Position numbers and translations under genes: made by a program
The notes under the pieces: model-generated
What the model saw: the letters and a program-made list of their open reading frames with translations, nothing else
Told to the model about the DNA's origin: nothing
Database searches by the model: none
Source of the DNA: Styela clava
Taxonomy: Eukaryota
Length of the DNA: 64,000 nt
Reading direction: 5' to 3'
NCBI RefSeq assembly: GCF_964204865.1
Contig: NC_135261.1
Span: 12,276,001-12,340,000, forward strand
Part shown: positions 1 through 12,399 of the stretch, piece by piece
Layout of the letters: every line of letters begins with the position of its first letter
Numbering within the stretch: the stretch's first letter is position 1

Positions 1-185
1 TTACGCAGATTTTCCTGAATATAAAGTTATTATGTCAATATTCGTATAGCACGACAAAATCAAGTGCGATAATTCCAGTAATCGCCAGTTTATTTCTATT
101 GGGAACTGATTAGTGTTTACAGCCTAATTTCTGGGATCATGAATGCGTAAGTTATGCGAATTGTTGTGATATTAATTAAGTTACA

Positions 186-478
186 AACGAGAATATCGGT
201 CGGAGACCGAGGACTTATCGAACGGAGGTTAGGGGATCCCCCAAAACAGCGCTCTTACTCCATAGTGACACCGTGTGTCCCATCACTAATTTTTTAATAA
301 CTCGCTAATTATACGACATAATTTATCGAAAATCAATAGGCTTCTGTTCCGAACTATGATGAATGCACATGCGAAATTTGGAGCAGATTCAACTTCGTTT
401 TCGTGAGATATCGCGTGTATCTAACAGACAAACAAACAAACAGACAGATACCTATCAACATAATAAGTAATAAGTAAT
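186..478. mobile_element. Short non-autonomous Helentron/HINE (DINE-1)-like interspersed element
   Basis: 5' hairpin TCGGTC-gga-GACCGA (196-210), internal (CAAA/CAGA)n microsatellite (~425-450) and a (TAATAAG)n tail. This layout is typical of HINE/DINE-type elements; the class is inferred. Confidence 0.45.
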
Positions 479-597
479 AACTGACACAATAAAACGGCTT
501 CTTGATCAATGCTATACTATGTCAATATTTTATATTCCGGTATTGTCCAAATAATGGCAATTCAAATCGATATTTGGAAAATGGTACAATTTATAGA

Positions 598-1636
598 TCA
601 CATTATCTGCATACAAGTCTGGTGAAAAAAAGACAGATCGAGTAAAATATTGAATAAATTTGAAAGCAAAATATATACACACATGCTCTTTAGCTCGAAC
701 TTTATCCATTTTCTCGTTTTCTTTTTTGAAATTGTCCATGGAACACTTCAACGCTTTCAAATCGCCGACTATCATATCTATGTTCTGTTTCATAGAATCA
801 ACCTTGCAAAAAATCAAACAAACTTTTATTTTTTAATTTGAACGCTATTTGCATTGTAAAAATAAAATTAATTTTATCGAAAAAAATCGCCAGTTTTGTT
901 GCATCTATTGATTTTTATATTGATCCTATCCAATTGCACTGATATTTCTATGGAATAAATCGACTTAGCTACGCTAACCTCTCCATTCAAGCTGTCCATG
1001 CTTCCCTCCAATATCTGGACTTTATCGGACAGATCTTTCATCAATTTTATTTCTTTTTCCATGTCGCTGTGCAAATCATCAACTCTGACGCGTACGGAAT
1101 CGTCGCGGGAAGCATTATTTTTTAGGCTCCGTAATTCCCGTCCAAACTCAAGTCTTGTTTCTTCAATTTTCTCGTTCAGTGTCTGGATGATTTTCAGCAT
1201 GTCCGACTTCGTCTTTTGTTGGTCTTCTCCGAGTTGCATGGTCGCCTCGCGGTTTGTCCTTTGGATAAGGCTAAGTTCACTAATCCATCTCTCGATCTTG
1301 ATGAGTTTTGTTCGCATCCATGACTGAAATGTTTTTTTTTTATTAAAAACATTTATTGTTCACAAAAAATTACTTTGAACTGTCAAGAACTGTGAAAAAC
1401 AGCCACCTTTCATAGCGAATGTCAAAAATAATAATCTGCAATTTCAAATTCTAAGAATGTGTCTGCTAGTCTGAGCTCATGAAAGATTTGTTTATTAGAA
1501 AGAATACAATTAGATTATATCTGAATTATACGATTGCGACTAGCCAGACTAAAAATATTGTAGTATCACTCACCTTTCCCTCTTTATTGCCACTTTTACC
1601 TACTTTATTATTTTTCAACACATTAACGTCGGACAT
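598..1636 (-). CDS. Uncharacterised coiled-coil protein (multi-exon; 3' end uncertain)
   Basis: Exons 1636-1574 (MSDVNVLKNNKVGKSGNKEGK, donor gtgagt), 1323-979 (SWMRTKLIKIERW...LNGE, ag/gt bounded) and 802-~683 (VDSMKQNIDMIVGDLK...) are all phase 0 and join in frame. An in-frame TGA lies upstream of the ATG. The sequence is heptad-like and E/K/L-rich. A possible last exon is 618-598 (TCMQIM*). Confidence 0.65.
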
Positions 1637-1914
1637 CTTTCAAGAAAAATGTAAGCTGCTGCAAATTCGACCAAATTGTACCAAAAACGATCTTAAAAAT
1701 AAATCATATATGTAAATATATATATGTAGTCGACGCATTTTATAGGGCGATGTACCTACAATATACCCAGGAAACCCCCAGTTTAAATTCTACTGTAATA
1801 TTGAATAACATTCGTAATCAGCTATGCAAATAAATAGATGAAGCCCCATCCTTCTTTGTCAATTCGGTTGCCATAGTATACTGATTAACAATTTAGAGGC
1901 GTCCTAACTCGGGT

Positions 1915-3247
1915 ACCTCTATTTGAACAAGCAGCGCTTTACGAAAGACGAATGATAATATAATGAGTTTACCAATCCTAAGTTATTCTGTTTCGTATAT
2001 GAATGGCATCATAGGTATATAAAGCGAACAGAACGTTGTAATATTTAGGGATACAATATTTGTTCTATATGACATGGCCGCACAAGTTTTCGTCGTTGTA
2101 TTCGTAAGATCAACCCCAATAAGCAATTATTTTCTGTAGCTGAAAAAACTGACATCAGACCAATCCTATCCAGATCACATGTGGGAGGCTCTTGTAATTT
2201 AAAAATGCATTTCTGCCATATGACTCCTTTCTACCCAGTGAGTTAATGATAAAATGCTGATGATAATGTTTCTCATTATGTGTGACAGCTCAGCAATCCG
2301 ACTGCGATATTGAACACATCTGGTATTCGAAAATGCTCAGACTCACTTTTGAACCGTATAGAAGGTCCTTGAACTGTTGGTCTTTACTGAAAGTCTGAAA
2401 AATGCTATTTTCTAATTATTCTATGTTCGAATTTTATGTCCTAAAAAGTGTTTCGACTCGAGATTCTTTCGATTTATATGTACAAATATGAATTATGAAA
2501 CTGTGATTTTATATAAACTCAGTACATATTTAATACTATGATATTTCAAGTCTTTTATACAGGTAGTCATGCCTAATATATTTTAAAACATATAAAAGCT
2601 GGTATTTATATTTGATATGCTATAATGTTCGCAAAAATTTCTAATTTAGTATTGAGTAAATAAGTTAACTTTAAAATAAGACAGGTTATATACTATATAA
2701 TTACAATATAATAAAAATACTGCACAGTAATAAATTTTTGGTATTATATGTGTAAAACATATAATTATGCATATTATTGCTTTTCATGGAATGCGGGTCA
2801 AATAGTCGTTTTTTTTTTATTCGATTATATTATTCTCGTCTACTAGCATATGGGCGAATTGTCACAAAATGTCTTTTTCATCCAAAGTCGTGGATTAGTC
2901 GGGATTATTAGAAGATTTATCCCAAAAGTTTGGAAAGGTCCTTAATCCGTTTCACCGTGGGATAAGGAATGACATAAATTGCGGACGAATTATAGTAAAA
3001 ATACAGGATCATTTTTCAGAAATGTACTATTTGAGGAAGTAGCGCTTCACGAAAGGCGAATAAAAAGGTTTTACAAAGAACAAAAGGGTGCAACCCCCAT
3101 GGTATTCTGTCTAGTATATGAATTACATCATAGGTTTGGAACAAAGCGTTGTGGATAATTTAAAGTTTTATTTGTTATTTGGTGATATAATATTTGTTCT
3201 ATATTATTGCGCAACTGACATTGTCGCACAAGTTTTTGCCGTTGCAT
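1915..3247. repeat. Diverged ~190-220 bp direct duplication (1915-2100 vs 3025-3247)
   Basis: Colinear shared blocks: agcgctt(t/c)acgaaag, tatatgaat..catcataggt, atatttgttctatat, cgcacaagtttt. Confidence 0.6.
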
Positions 3248-4188
3248 AGTTACGGTGGTACTGGCAAACTTTTTAAGTCGTACATTTTAGGTCACGTAAC
3301 TAAGCACCACAAAAAACTTCCGCCCTCTTTGTGCCACGTATTCGTCTAGTTCTCATTTTCGTGATGGTATGTTTAGAAATCGTTTCATTTTCCGATGATT
3401 TGTACAAAATTTATTCAGCCTAGATATTGGAGCTGCAACAAAACATCAAAGCGATTTGATAGCATCATAATGTTTCAATCGACTTTAAATAAATTCTAAA
3501 AATTCATGTGCAAGACTGAAATAATAATATCAACATAGACCGCTAATTGTGTTGCTTTTTAACATAATAGTGTTGCTATAGTGCGATCGCTACGGTTATT
3601 GCAGGAATTATCACGAGGTATCCTAATTGCAAACCCGAAACCAGTATGGTAGAAATGGGTTCGAATTATGTGAAAATCTTGAACCAGTTGATATTCCTTT
3701 AAGCATATATCTATATACATATGTAAATATATATAGAATTATGCGTAGAAAAGTTATCGGTTATAGATATTCACAATTACTATTTTCATTACCAAAATTC
3801 GAAAAATATTTAATCCTATGTAGATAAATTGATAATGTTTTGACAAATTTCCTATTCCACTTTGCGATCGCATCGAAGTACATATGACTTGCTGGATGGC
3901 GATTTGTCAATTATTTAACCTAATTCTCGAATAGTAAATCAACTACGCAATGGCAAATATGTCACGACGCATTAAAAACTGAATTTGCAAGCTAGTCGAA
4001 CTAAATTAGAAAAATGTGTTACTTTATTTTAATATCTCATCTTGAAAATAATCTTATTACTAGATAATCAGAAGCCCTCAACAACAGAAAGAAAATTGCT
4101 CACATTCTAAAAACACAAAATTCAAGATTAGGTTTATATATTTCCTCAGGTCAAATAATTAACAATCACAAATAAATTTAAGCCTAAA

Positions 4189-4426
4189 TTAATCGGAAAA
4201 TTTGAATGCATCTGGAAATGCATACTTGATCATTTTTCCATTTAAGAATAGAAGTGGAATCTTCCTAATTGAAAAAATTTACTTTCGATAAAAAGTGATA
4301 TTCCGATTATCGGAAGTTAATTTCATAAATGAAATCTTTTTTTTCACATTTGAATATTCCTCTTCTTTTCTTAAATGAAAAATGATCAAGTATGCATTTC
4401 CAGATGCATTCAAATTTTCCGATTAA
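4189..4426. mobile_element. Foldback MITE with ~75-bp near-perfect inverted arms and TTAA termini
   Basis: 4189-4264 (ttaatcggaaaatttgaatgcatctggaaatgcatacttgatcatttttc...) is the reverse complement of ~4352-4426. The centre is also palindromic (ttccgat-t-atcggaa). Confidence 0.85.
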
Positions 4427-5659
4427 CACATATCCAAGAGATATTCTCACACTAACAAAAATCACTCTGTGTGAATCAATATTACCTATATCAGAAATGA
4501 TATTAAAAACAAAGATCTTCAAGCTTAATGAAATTATATTGACAAGCTTTTGCTGCTTGTTGCTGAATTTCAACATTGACCATTCATGTATCTGCATGGA
4601 TCGATTTTTAATTTTAAATAACATATATTCTTGGATTTTGTTGAAGAGTCTCAGTCAGTATCTTAAATAAAGTTTTAAAATATTAAATGTTCATTATTTC
4701 ACTCCAGCCGTTTTCGCTTAGCTTCCCCCCCCCCCAAAAAAAAAATCGCCAATAGCATTCCTCCCTACTCTGATATTGATATTGATGAAAGCGTTTTTGA
4801 GAATGCGCTTTGATCTACTGTATTTCAATTTTTATTCGAACGGCACGGAAATCTTTTAAATTATTTAATTAAGTCTTTCTTTTGACATTTTTTCATGGTC
4901 GAAATGAATGGCTCGAAATGAAGAAAAATAATACGATTGATTTCAAAAAATAAAGTATAATATAAAAATTTTTATCTTAACCAAAAAGAAATATCACGTG
5001 AATAAAGAATGCTCAGGCAAATTTATAATTACATTTGTTATTAGTTATTCTTGCGTCGGAGTTAATTATTTAAACCTATTTTTAAGACTTCAACTATCAT
5101 TATTCTATTTGTATGTTATTTGTAAACAAATATCGTTTTTGTATACCAAGTTTGTGCAAAAACTTGATTGCCGTCGAATACATGTTATAGTTATGACCAT
5201 ATTATCAAGGCATTGTACATTATATCTATTATATCTGAATCATAAATATCTTTTCTTGAAATTAAAGTTGGGAATCGGATGGTTCATAACAGGTCAATAG
5301 ATCAGCCGGTAACCACACAGAAAAGAAGCGTGTTATTAACAAGCAAAAGCCCTACGAAATTCCCCTATGATTCATAGACGATATTTGAAATCAAATAAGA
5401 TTGCAAATAATTTTTACCAAATTTAGGTCGATTTCACATTCACTATATATACTAGCATTCATTACTATTCAGCGTGACTTGTGGATGGCACGATCCCACG
5501 GGCTATTATAAATAAAATGAAATTTTATAAACGATCTATTCAGACGTACTGATTGACTTTGAAAGCACAAGAAAGCACTTTTGCAAACCGGGTTTGTAGT
5601 GTTTCCTTTTTCTATTGTGCTTCTTCGAAGCGTTCTGGAACATAGCGAAAGTAAATTAA

Positions 5660-7590
5660 ATGAGTTTCACGATTGACCAAGCGTAGAACTTTAGATCTGC
5701 TGGATCGCAGGCTGAAGAATTTGGGTCAAATCTGTCCACCACTTCACCCTGGGTGAACTGAATTTAGTAGACGATGCCGAGCAAAAATATGAAGATTCGG
5801 ATGCGCCTAGAAAGCGTTTTCGCATTTTTCGTGACATTGTGCTTATTCGTCTCTGCATCGAACAGATTGGTATTTAACTGAAATAAGGGCCAAAAATGAT
5901 GACTGTAAAGAGGAATGTGTTTCAACTACCATTGCATCAAACAAATTATTCTTCTGTGGTTCCGGTACAATTGTACGTTAAATGTATTCAATTTGAAACC
6001 GATTACATACTTACGTTGACGCGCAATTATCTGTATTCAAATGTACCGATATTCGAATGCATACATAGGCGTCCGTTTAGTTATATCTATGTAGTGTATA
6101 GCGAAAGTGGGATGCAACTGGATTGTAATGTTATTTACCCCATTTGTATTAATAGCATGTTGAATTCAATGGAAATATGTCCTTTTAGCGATTTCCCTGA
6201 TGATGATTTATCGTAGAAAAGGCTTTACTTTTTATGCTTCGTTGTATCGACAAATTTGTGGCGTGTTTCCGGCATCCTTCCGAGAGTTGAGGATTCAGTA
6301 TCGAATTTCGCTATAAATCGAATTTTAAAATTTTCAATTCAAAGAAATTTGGATATATTCTTTTTGCAATACAGATACTCGACTCAATTTTCTAAAATGA
6401 ATGTCATTAGTTTTTTTTATTGTTTTCAGAGAGTCGACATTAATGACCTGCGTCTTCAAAATAATAAGACAGTTGAATTGGCGATATCGAACAATGAGAT
6501 CAACTTGACAGTTTTGTGGCATATATGACTGCAACTCTAAAATTGAGCACCAAACTTTTTAAGTATAATCTTAGAAGTCATCTTAAAATTTAATAATTCA
6601 CGATACTAGCTAAGAAACGAAAAGAAAGTCCATGGAATGGACAAATGAATATTTGTACATATATATATATATATAAATATATATATTGCTAGCCATAATC
6701 AACATAGTTGTTAGAACCAAATTTAGTAATTATTTAATATGCGGCGTTGCTTAAAATTATGGCATGAGATAATAGATATGCAAAAGAGAGAAGTTTAGAA
6801 GAACGTTTTTCTGTTATAGTACTGTACATTGTTTTATATTGTTGACCACGAATCCACTTTATACCTGAATGTTTGAAAAATGTCCGTTCTCTTTACAAAG
6901 TTTTTTCCGGTGTATCAAACAAATCCTAAGATAGAATCTAGAAATTTTTTATGTATACAAATTTATTTGTATAGCATTTGTTAGATTAACCATTGACGTC
7001 AGTGAGTAGTTGACACCCAAAATAAATCTGCCAATGCGTTACCATTAAGTTTATATATTAATTTGTAAATGCTACAAAAATGTCAGTTCTGAAAGTAATA
7101 TTTTTGTACTTTTAAATGTACTATGAACGTTATAAATATTCAAAATGTTGCATTATGCATTATTTGTTCATTAATAAAATTAGACAATTTTTCTCATATA
7201 ACCTCCCCAATCGGGATTATAAACAGCTGTTATGACGTCACGTTTTCTTCTGCCATTACTTTTAATACAATTCTTCTCAACTCATTTTTGTATTTAAGCT
7301 ATACATTTTTCCACAGCGAAATTGTAGCTTGAAATAATCTGCATATAAATTCGTATTGTAGTTTACAATGCAAGACTTTCGTTGTGACCTCATCGGGTGT
7401 GAAATAATGGCATTATCTTATGATGTCACAAATTTACAATTTTTGAACATCTTCCCCTACTGCCAATGTCGCCCTGGCTGCAAGCTTGCTTTCCTTTCCA
7501 CCGACTTCCATAAACATAGAGATTCTTTTTATCACCGTTATCGTTGTAGCTTCTCGATTGGGTAACTGTCCGAAATTTTTTTTTTCTCAT
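5660..7590 (-). pseudogene. Possible decayed multi-exon gene for a secreted protein (furin site; weak hemopexin-like motifs)
   Basis: AG/GT-bounded segments with in-frame stops: 7338-7203 (IISSYNFAVEKCIA*IQK*VEKNCIKSNGRRKRDVITAVYNPDWG) and ~6924-6864. There is also an acceptor-led segment from ~5877 (…RIFIFLLGIVY*IQFTQGEVVDRFDPNSSACDPADLKFYAW). Weak evidence. Confidence 0.25.
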
Positions 7591-9358
7591 TTGTAAATCT
7601 GAAGAACACACAATTTTTTTTTGATACATCTTCGCAATTGCAGAAAATTTAAGTCATAGTTACAATGTCTGCATAAATATTGAAAACTGGTCCATACAAT
7701 GTCTTTGGATAGTTATATATATATAGCCTATTCCGTTTCTTAGTTTTTGTTTAAATATGCTCATGTAATAATACATCATAACGTATATGTTTATAAAGAC
7801 CTCATGTGACCAATGAAATAATTTTCACTAAATATTGTTTGTCCTAAGCTTTACAGGGGTGAACGGGCATGGGTGAGGAGACAATGTACACCGATGTGAT
7901 CTCCTGTTGGTGATATCTAGTCCAGTCGTTTTATCGAACAATTCGTTGCATATGTTTATTCTGCCTGTCTTTTGTTTTGCTCGAGGTAAATATTAGATGA
8001 TATATCGTAAGAAAATTTGATTCAAATTAGGTTTTGATAACATACGAAATACTGTTCAGTATCAAAGTGATTGCAACACTAGAAAAATTTCAGTTTTATG
8101 TGGAATTCTTCATGTCAATATCTCAAGTTGAAGCAGTTTTTGCAATATAGTAGACCGGATCTGAATTCTGTTTTCAAGTTTTGTGCACATGCATGAAGTA
8201 TGAATCTATAAAATCTGAAGTATACCATTTGTAACACACGGAACGGAAAAAACAGTCGAATAAAAGCTATGTGAACATACAGAGTTAAAATAAATTTCAT
8301 GAGATTTGGATTTTATTTAAATTTTTGCGTAATCTCAACTTGAAATCTGTCCGGTATAAAAATTGACAAAATTATAAAAATGCCTTCGAAAATTATCTGA
8401 AAACACTATTTTCTCGTTTTTTCTTTTTCAAATTTCGATTTTCAATCAGCGTCGAGGATATATATAAACGCAGATTTTATCGTGAAAAAATTGTTATTTT
8501 TTGTTTATTTTGATTGATGGTTTAATCGATTCCTGCGGTTATGCCGCAGAAGGGTAAGAACGCAATGTTCTGCATTAGACGATTGTGTGGTTTGGCCTGA
8601 AGACAATTCAAAGTTTATCTGAACTCATAAAATTCGTACAGACATTACGCCACTAATTACAAGATGATTGAGTCGCACTCCTCCAAACTGTGAATTGACT
8701 TTAAAAATGTGAACTGAATTTCCATTATTACCTAAAAGACTTTGAGTAAATAAAATATATCTAACTGGTTTGAACAATAGTGGAATTAATGACAAAATTT
8801 GTCTCTAGTTTTCTAGAGACATTATAGTTTGTACCAACTATTTGAAAAAGAACCTCAGAAATATAATTACAACTGAATAATGGACTGATCATAGAAAACC
8901 CACATAAGCAATTGCTTGGGGCAAGGGCGTTAAACTCGCAAAAGGATTTTCAAATACCCGATTTTCCGGTTTTGCGTGCTAATGGTATTTTGTTATATAA
9001 ATGTTAAGATGGTATTCATGAGCTAAAAACGACACAAACTAGACTAAAGAGAGAGATTTCTTACTAGCATTAAGTCGATACATTTTCTTCTTTGAAATAC
9101 ATCTCTACAATTGGCTGCTTGAAATTTTTTTTTATTTCTGATTAGTTGAAATTTACAACTCGAAGTTGAAATTTTATATATTAATACCAAAATAGTTGTA
9201 CCGTCACATTAAGGGCGTTTATTGTATGGGAATGACAGTATTACCTGGGTATAATATTGAGAGTGCATAATTCGTTAATAGTTCTAAAAAAAAAATAAAT
9301 CAAGATTTATTTCAGCTGCAAGAATAATTTTAATCAAACCGAGATAACTTGTATAAAT

Positions 9359-11359
9359 ATGAAGTATTTGGTTGTATTCCATCTTCTCATTGTTGGTGTC
9401 TTTGGCACCATGTATGAGAACGAAGTCAATGTAAAGCAACACTTCGCTAGTTTTGACAAGCAGGTATTTCTTATTGTAAAAGTGATTTACTCAGTAAATC
9501 ATTAGTTTCTAGCGTTTTTTACACATTATTCAAGTTAGAATACAACTTGCTTATAACTTGCTCAACATCATTTCACGTGAAGTATCAATTGTATTTATTT
9601 TTATTTTTTGCATTCAAGGTATCCAAAGATGAGGCGGATAGGTTTCATTATCCGACAGACAGAGATTTTGAATTCCACAAATTTCCAAATTGTGATACTT
9701 TCAAGTAAATATTTTAGAATGCCCAGTACTTATCACATTTTTCAAGCTTGCAGGGGACTGGAGGATGAATTGCACATTGCGGGAAAATCGGACTCAGTTT
9801 TCCGCAATGTTAATTCGAATCGTATATTTTCTCTGTAAACATGAATACATACATGTACATATGTAACGATTAGCTAAATTGTTGTTAAGATGATATTCAT
9901 TGTTTGGAAAAAAAAAACTAAGAGACCTATTTCAAATATTCAGTAATTAATGATAGTTAAGCCGCTAAAAGCTATTTTAATTTTCGAAATTTTCTATAAG
10001 CTCTATGAAGCACGATATCTCACCCCAAATTCTACAATGCCAGTGCTCATTGATTTCCGATTTTGATTTGAAACTTTTAAATGGTGAGATGAGGTTTCAG
10101 TGATTGACGCATAATTAATCTACCAGTACTTGTGTACGTCAATGGATCTCTGTGACTATTTTAGAATTACTCTATGGATTTCAAAAAAAAATCCATACTG
10201 TTTCGACGACACCCAGAATGAACTTTGTGTTTCCACTGGCAAATAATCTCAATTAAAATATAATTGAGATTCTAGAACTCTATATATATATATATATATA
10301 CATATATATGAATTGATGTCTCAAATATAAATATGTAATTCATTTCTCTAGGTTATTCTCGGGTCCGGAAGAATCGTGCACCGCTTCTAACCATGTCAAA
10401 CAACATCATATTGATCATATTGATCGCCCGAAAACAAGCTGCAGTGAGAAGATATGCATTCAGCGTTCGCATTTTGCTTCAACAAAATGCACCAGAGTGG
10501 TCAAGTTATACAAACCTTACGTTCACAAAGCAGTTCAATGCAAGTTCGTGTTTTTTATATTAAATATTATCATAATAACAACATATATTGTAACTGCATC
10601 CTTAAGTTGAAAGCGTATGTAGATACATATTCTTACGATCATATAATGTGTGTAGATCATTGCTGTACTACTACTGCAAGAAAAGCGTAAATGCTTCCAG
10701 TTAAATTAGGTTGCATTGTTTATCTAATTCTTTATTGTTTATCTAATTTACCGCTCAAAGGTAATTTTTTTTACGCTATATGCGAAACACCACTGGGGTA
10801 AAATCGAGTGAAATGATACAATGTCGTTCAAGAAGTTTTTTTTTCAAATTTCCAGAATTCCAGACCAACATTGTGATCATGAAGAAACTAGTTCCGAACA
10901 CCTGTATCCTTCTCCGAATGATCACGTTCAAAAACACAATCATGATCAAAGCTCTAATTTGTATCCATCACCAATGAAATCAAAACACGAATCTAAAGGC
11001 CAGTGTAGATGTTCCACCATATGGTGTTACCGCAGCATTCTAGCAATCTACAAGAACTACGGAAAACTATACAAAGGAAATGTTGATGTGAAAGTATGTA
11101 GAGTTTTTGAACTCACATTCCCTTTCTATCTTCTTGAATTACCTTTTACTTTTTTCGTGCTTTTTATTTTCTTTTTTAATCTTCTCACTCATCCTTTTAT
11201 GTTCACTGTTCACTAACATCTGCCAATATCATTTCATCTATAACCCCCCTTTTTTCTGTACGTCGTTATCGAGTAATATGTTAATGAAACATTTATTTTC
11301 AGATTCCATGCGGATGCGATTGTAGAAAGCACAACAATCACAATTTCCCATTACTTTAG
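9359..11359 (+). CDS. Secreted His-rich cystine-knot protein, Spaetzle/coagulogen/neurotrophin-like (225 aa, 5 exons)
   Basis: Exons 9359-9463, 9619-9704, 10352-10543, 10856-11093 and 11303-11359; all GT-AG, intron phases 0,2,2,0, 678 nt open. Signal peptide MKYLVVFHLLIVGVFG, 13 Cys, C-terminus QCRCSTIWCYRSILAIYKNYGKLYKGNVDVKIPCGCDCRKH. AATAAA at 11461. Confidence 0.8.
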
Positions 11360-12399
11360 CAGAAATTGAATAACATTTGTACTCAATATAACATTGTCAA
11401 CAATAATAACTACAGTATATACATGTCGATTTATATGGTATATTGTTGCAATCGAATGAGAATAAAAAACTAACTAATAATAACCGAGTTTCCTAGGAAG
11501 ATATAGTTTTAAATCCTCGAGAGCCATGAGCTACCATTTACACGTTGGTAAAAAAAACATTTTTGAAGATTATTTGTTAAATGAATACAATCATTTTGTC
11601 TGAGCACCTGACAGCAAAGTTTTAGAGATTAGGACTTGAGCTTTTGAAATATAGTAGTGCGATATTTTTTTTGGAATAGGGAACCCATCGCCGACAAAAT
11701 AAGGATGTTATAAAAACCCAATAGCACTGATGAATTGACTATTTTATGGTAGAACGCTGATAAAGAGCATTGGCAAGAGCAAATGACAAACGAAATTTAT
11801 TTGATTCGTAAACAAATATCGTACTATAAGCGGACTCGAGGTAATGCCTAAAAAATGAATTTTTCATAGATAATCCACAAAAGAATAAGCTGACACGGCT
11901 AATTTTATGCCAGAATGTTTTTCGCCCCGTTACTAGTCCAAGTTCAATATAAAAATAGCTAACTGGGATGGGGCAAGCTGTCAGCGATAAGCGGATACGC
12001 GTGCCACCACAAGCCATCGTGACATCCGCAAATTCCAACGTGTGAAGACGTGATGTGAGGACGCTAAAATGTTTCACAAACAGTCGAAGCGTTTTAGCCC
12101 TATTTGAATATTTTGGTCCCGAAGCAATAAGCGGTAGATTTAAACATCAATCAGGAACAATATCGCCTTTCCTCTCTAAAATCATTCAATCTATCCTACT
12201 TTACTGGCAGTTATTTTCTTTTAATCACGTTGGGAAATGCAGCGTATAAAACGACTATTCACCTGTACAATGACAATGATAATTCAAAACGCCGCAAATC
12301 TAAAATACGAAAATATTACTTATATTAAGTCATGGCCTTATTTGAGAGTGAAAATTTATAGAATTCTTCTCAGGATGAGTCGTTTAGTTTGTTACTCAA

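Noticed and set aside
998-1327. Plus-strand 109-aa ORF (likewise 24008-24352, 36740-37111, 48651-49043, 53527-53838)
   Set aside because: Antisense shadows of real exons.
4307-4670. Overlapping ORFs on both strands
   Set aside because: By-products of the palindromic MITE and AT-rich sequence.
9619-9650. VSKDEADRF as a vitamin-K-dependent Gla propeptide
   Set aside because: No following RxRR site and no ExxxExC Gla domain.
9608-9838. ORF 9608-9838 and a possible extra exon at ~9754-9810
   Set aside because: The ORF is out of frame with exon 2. Exon 2 joins 10352 directly in phase, and the extra exon would need a <50-nt intron and an incompatible donor.
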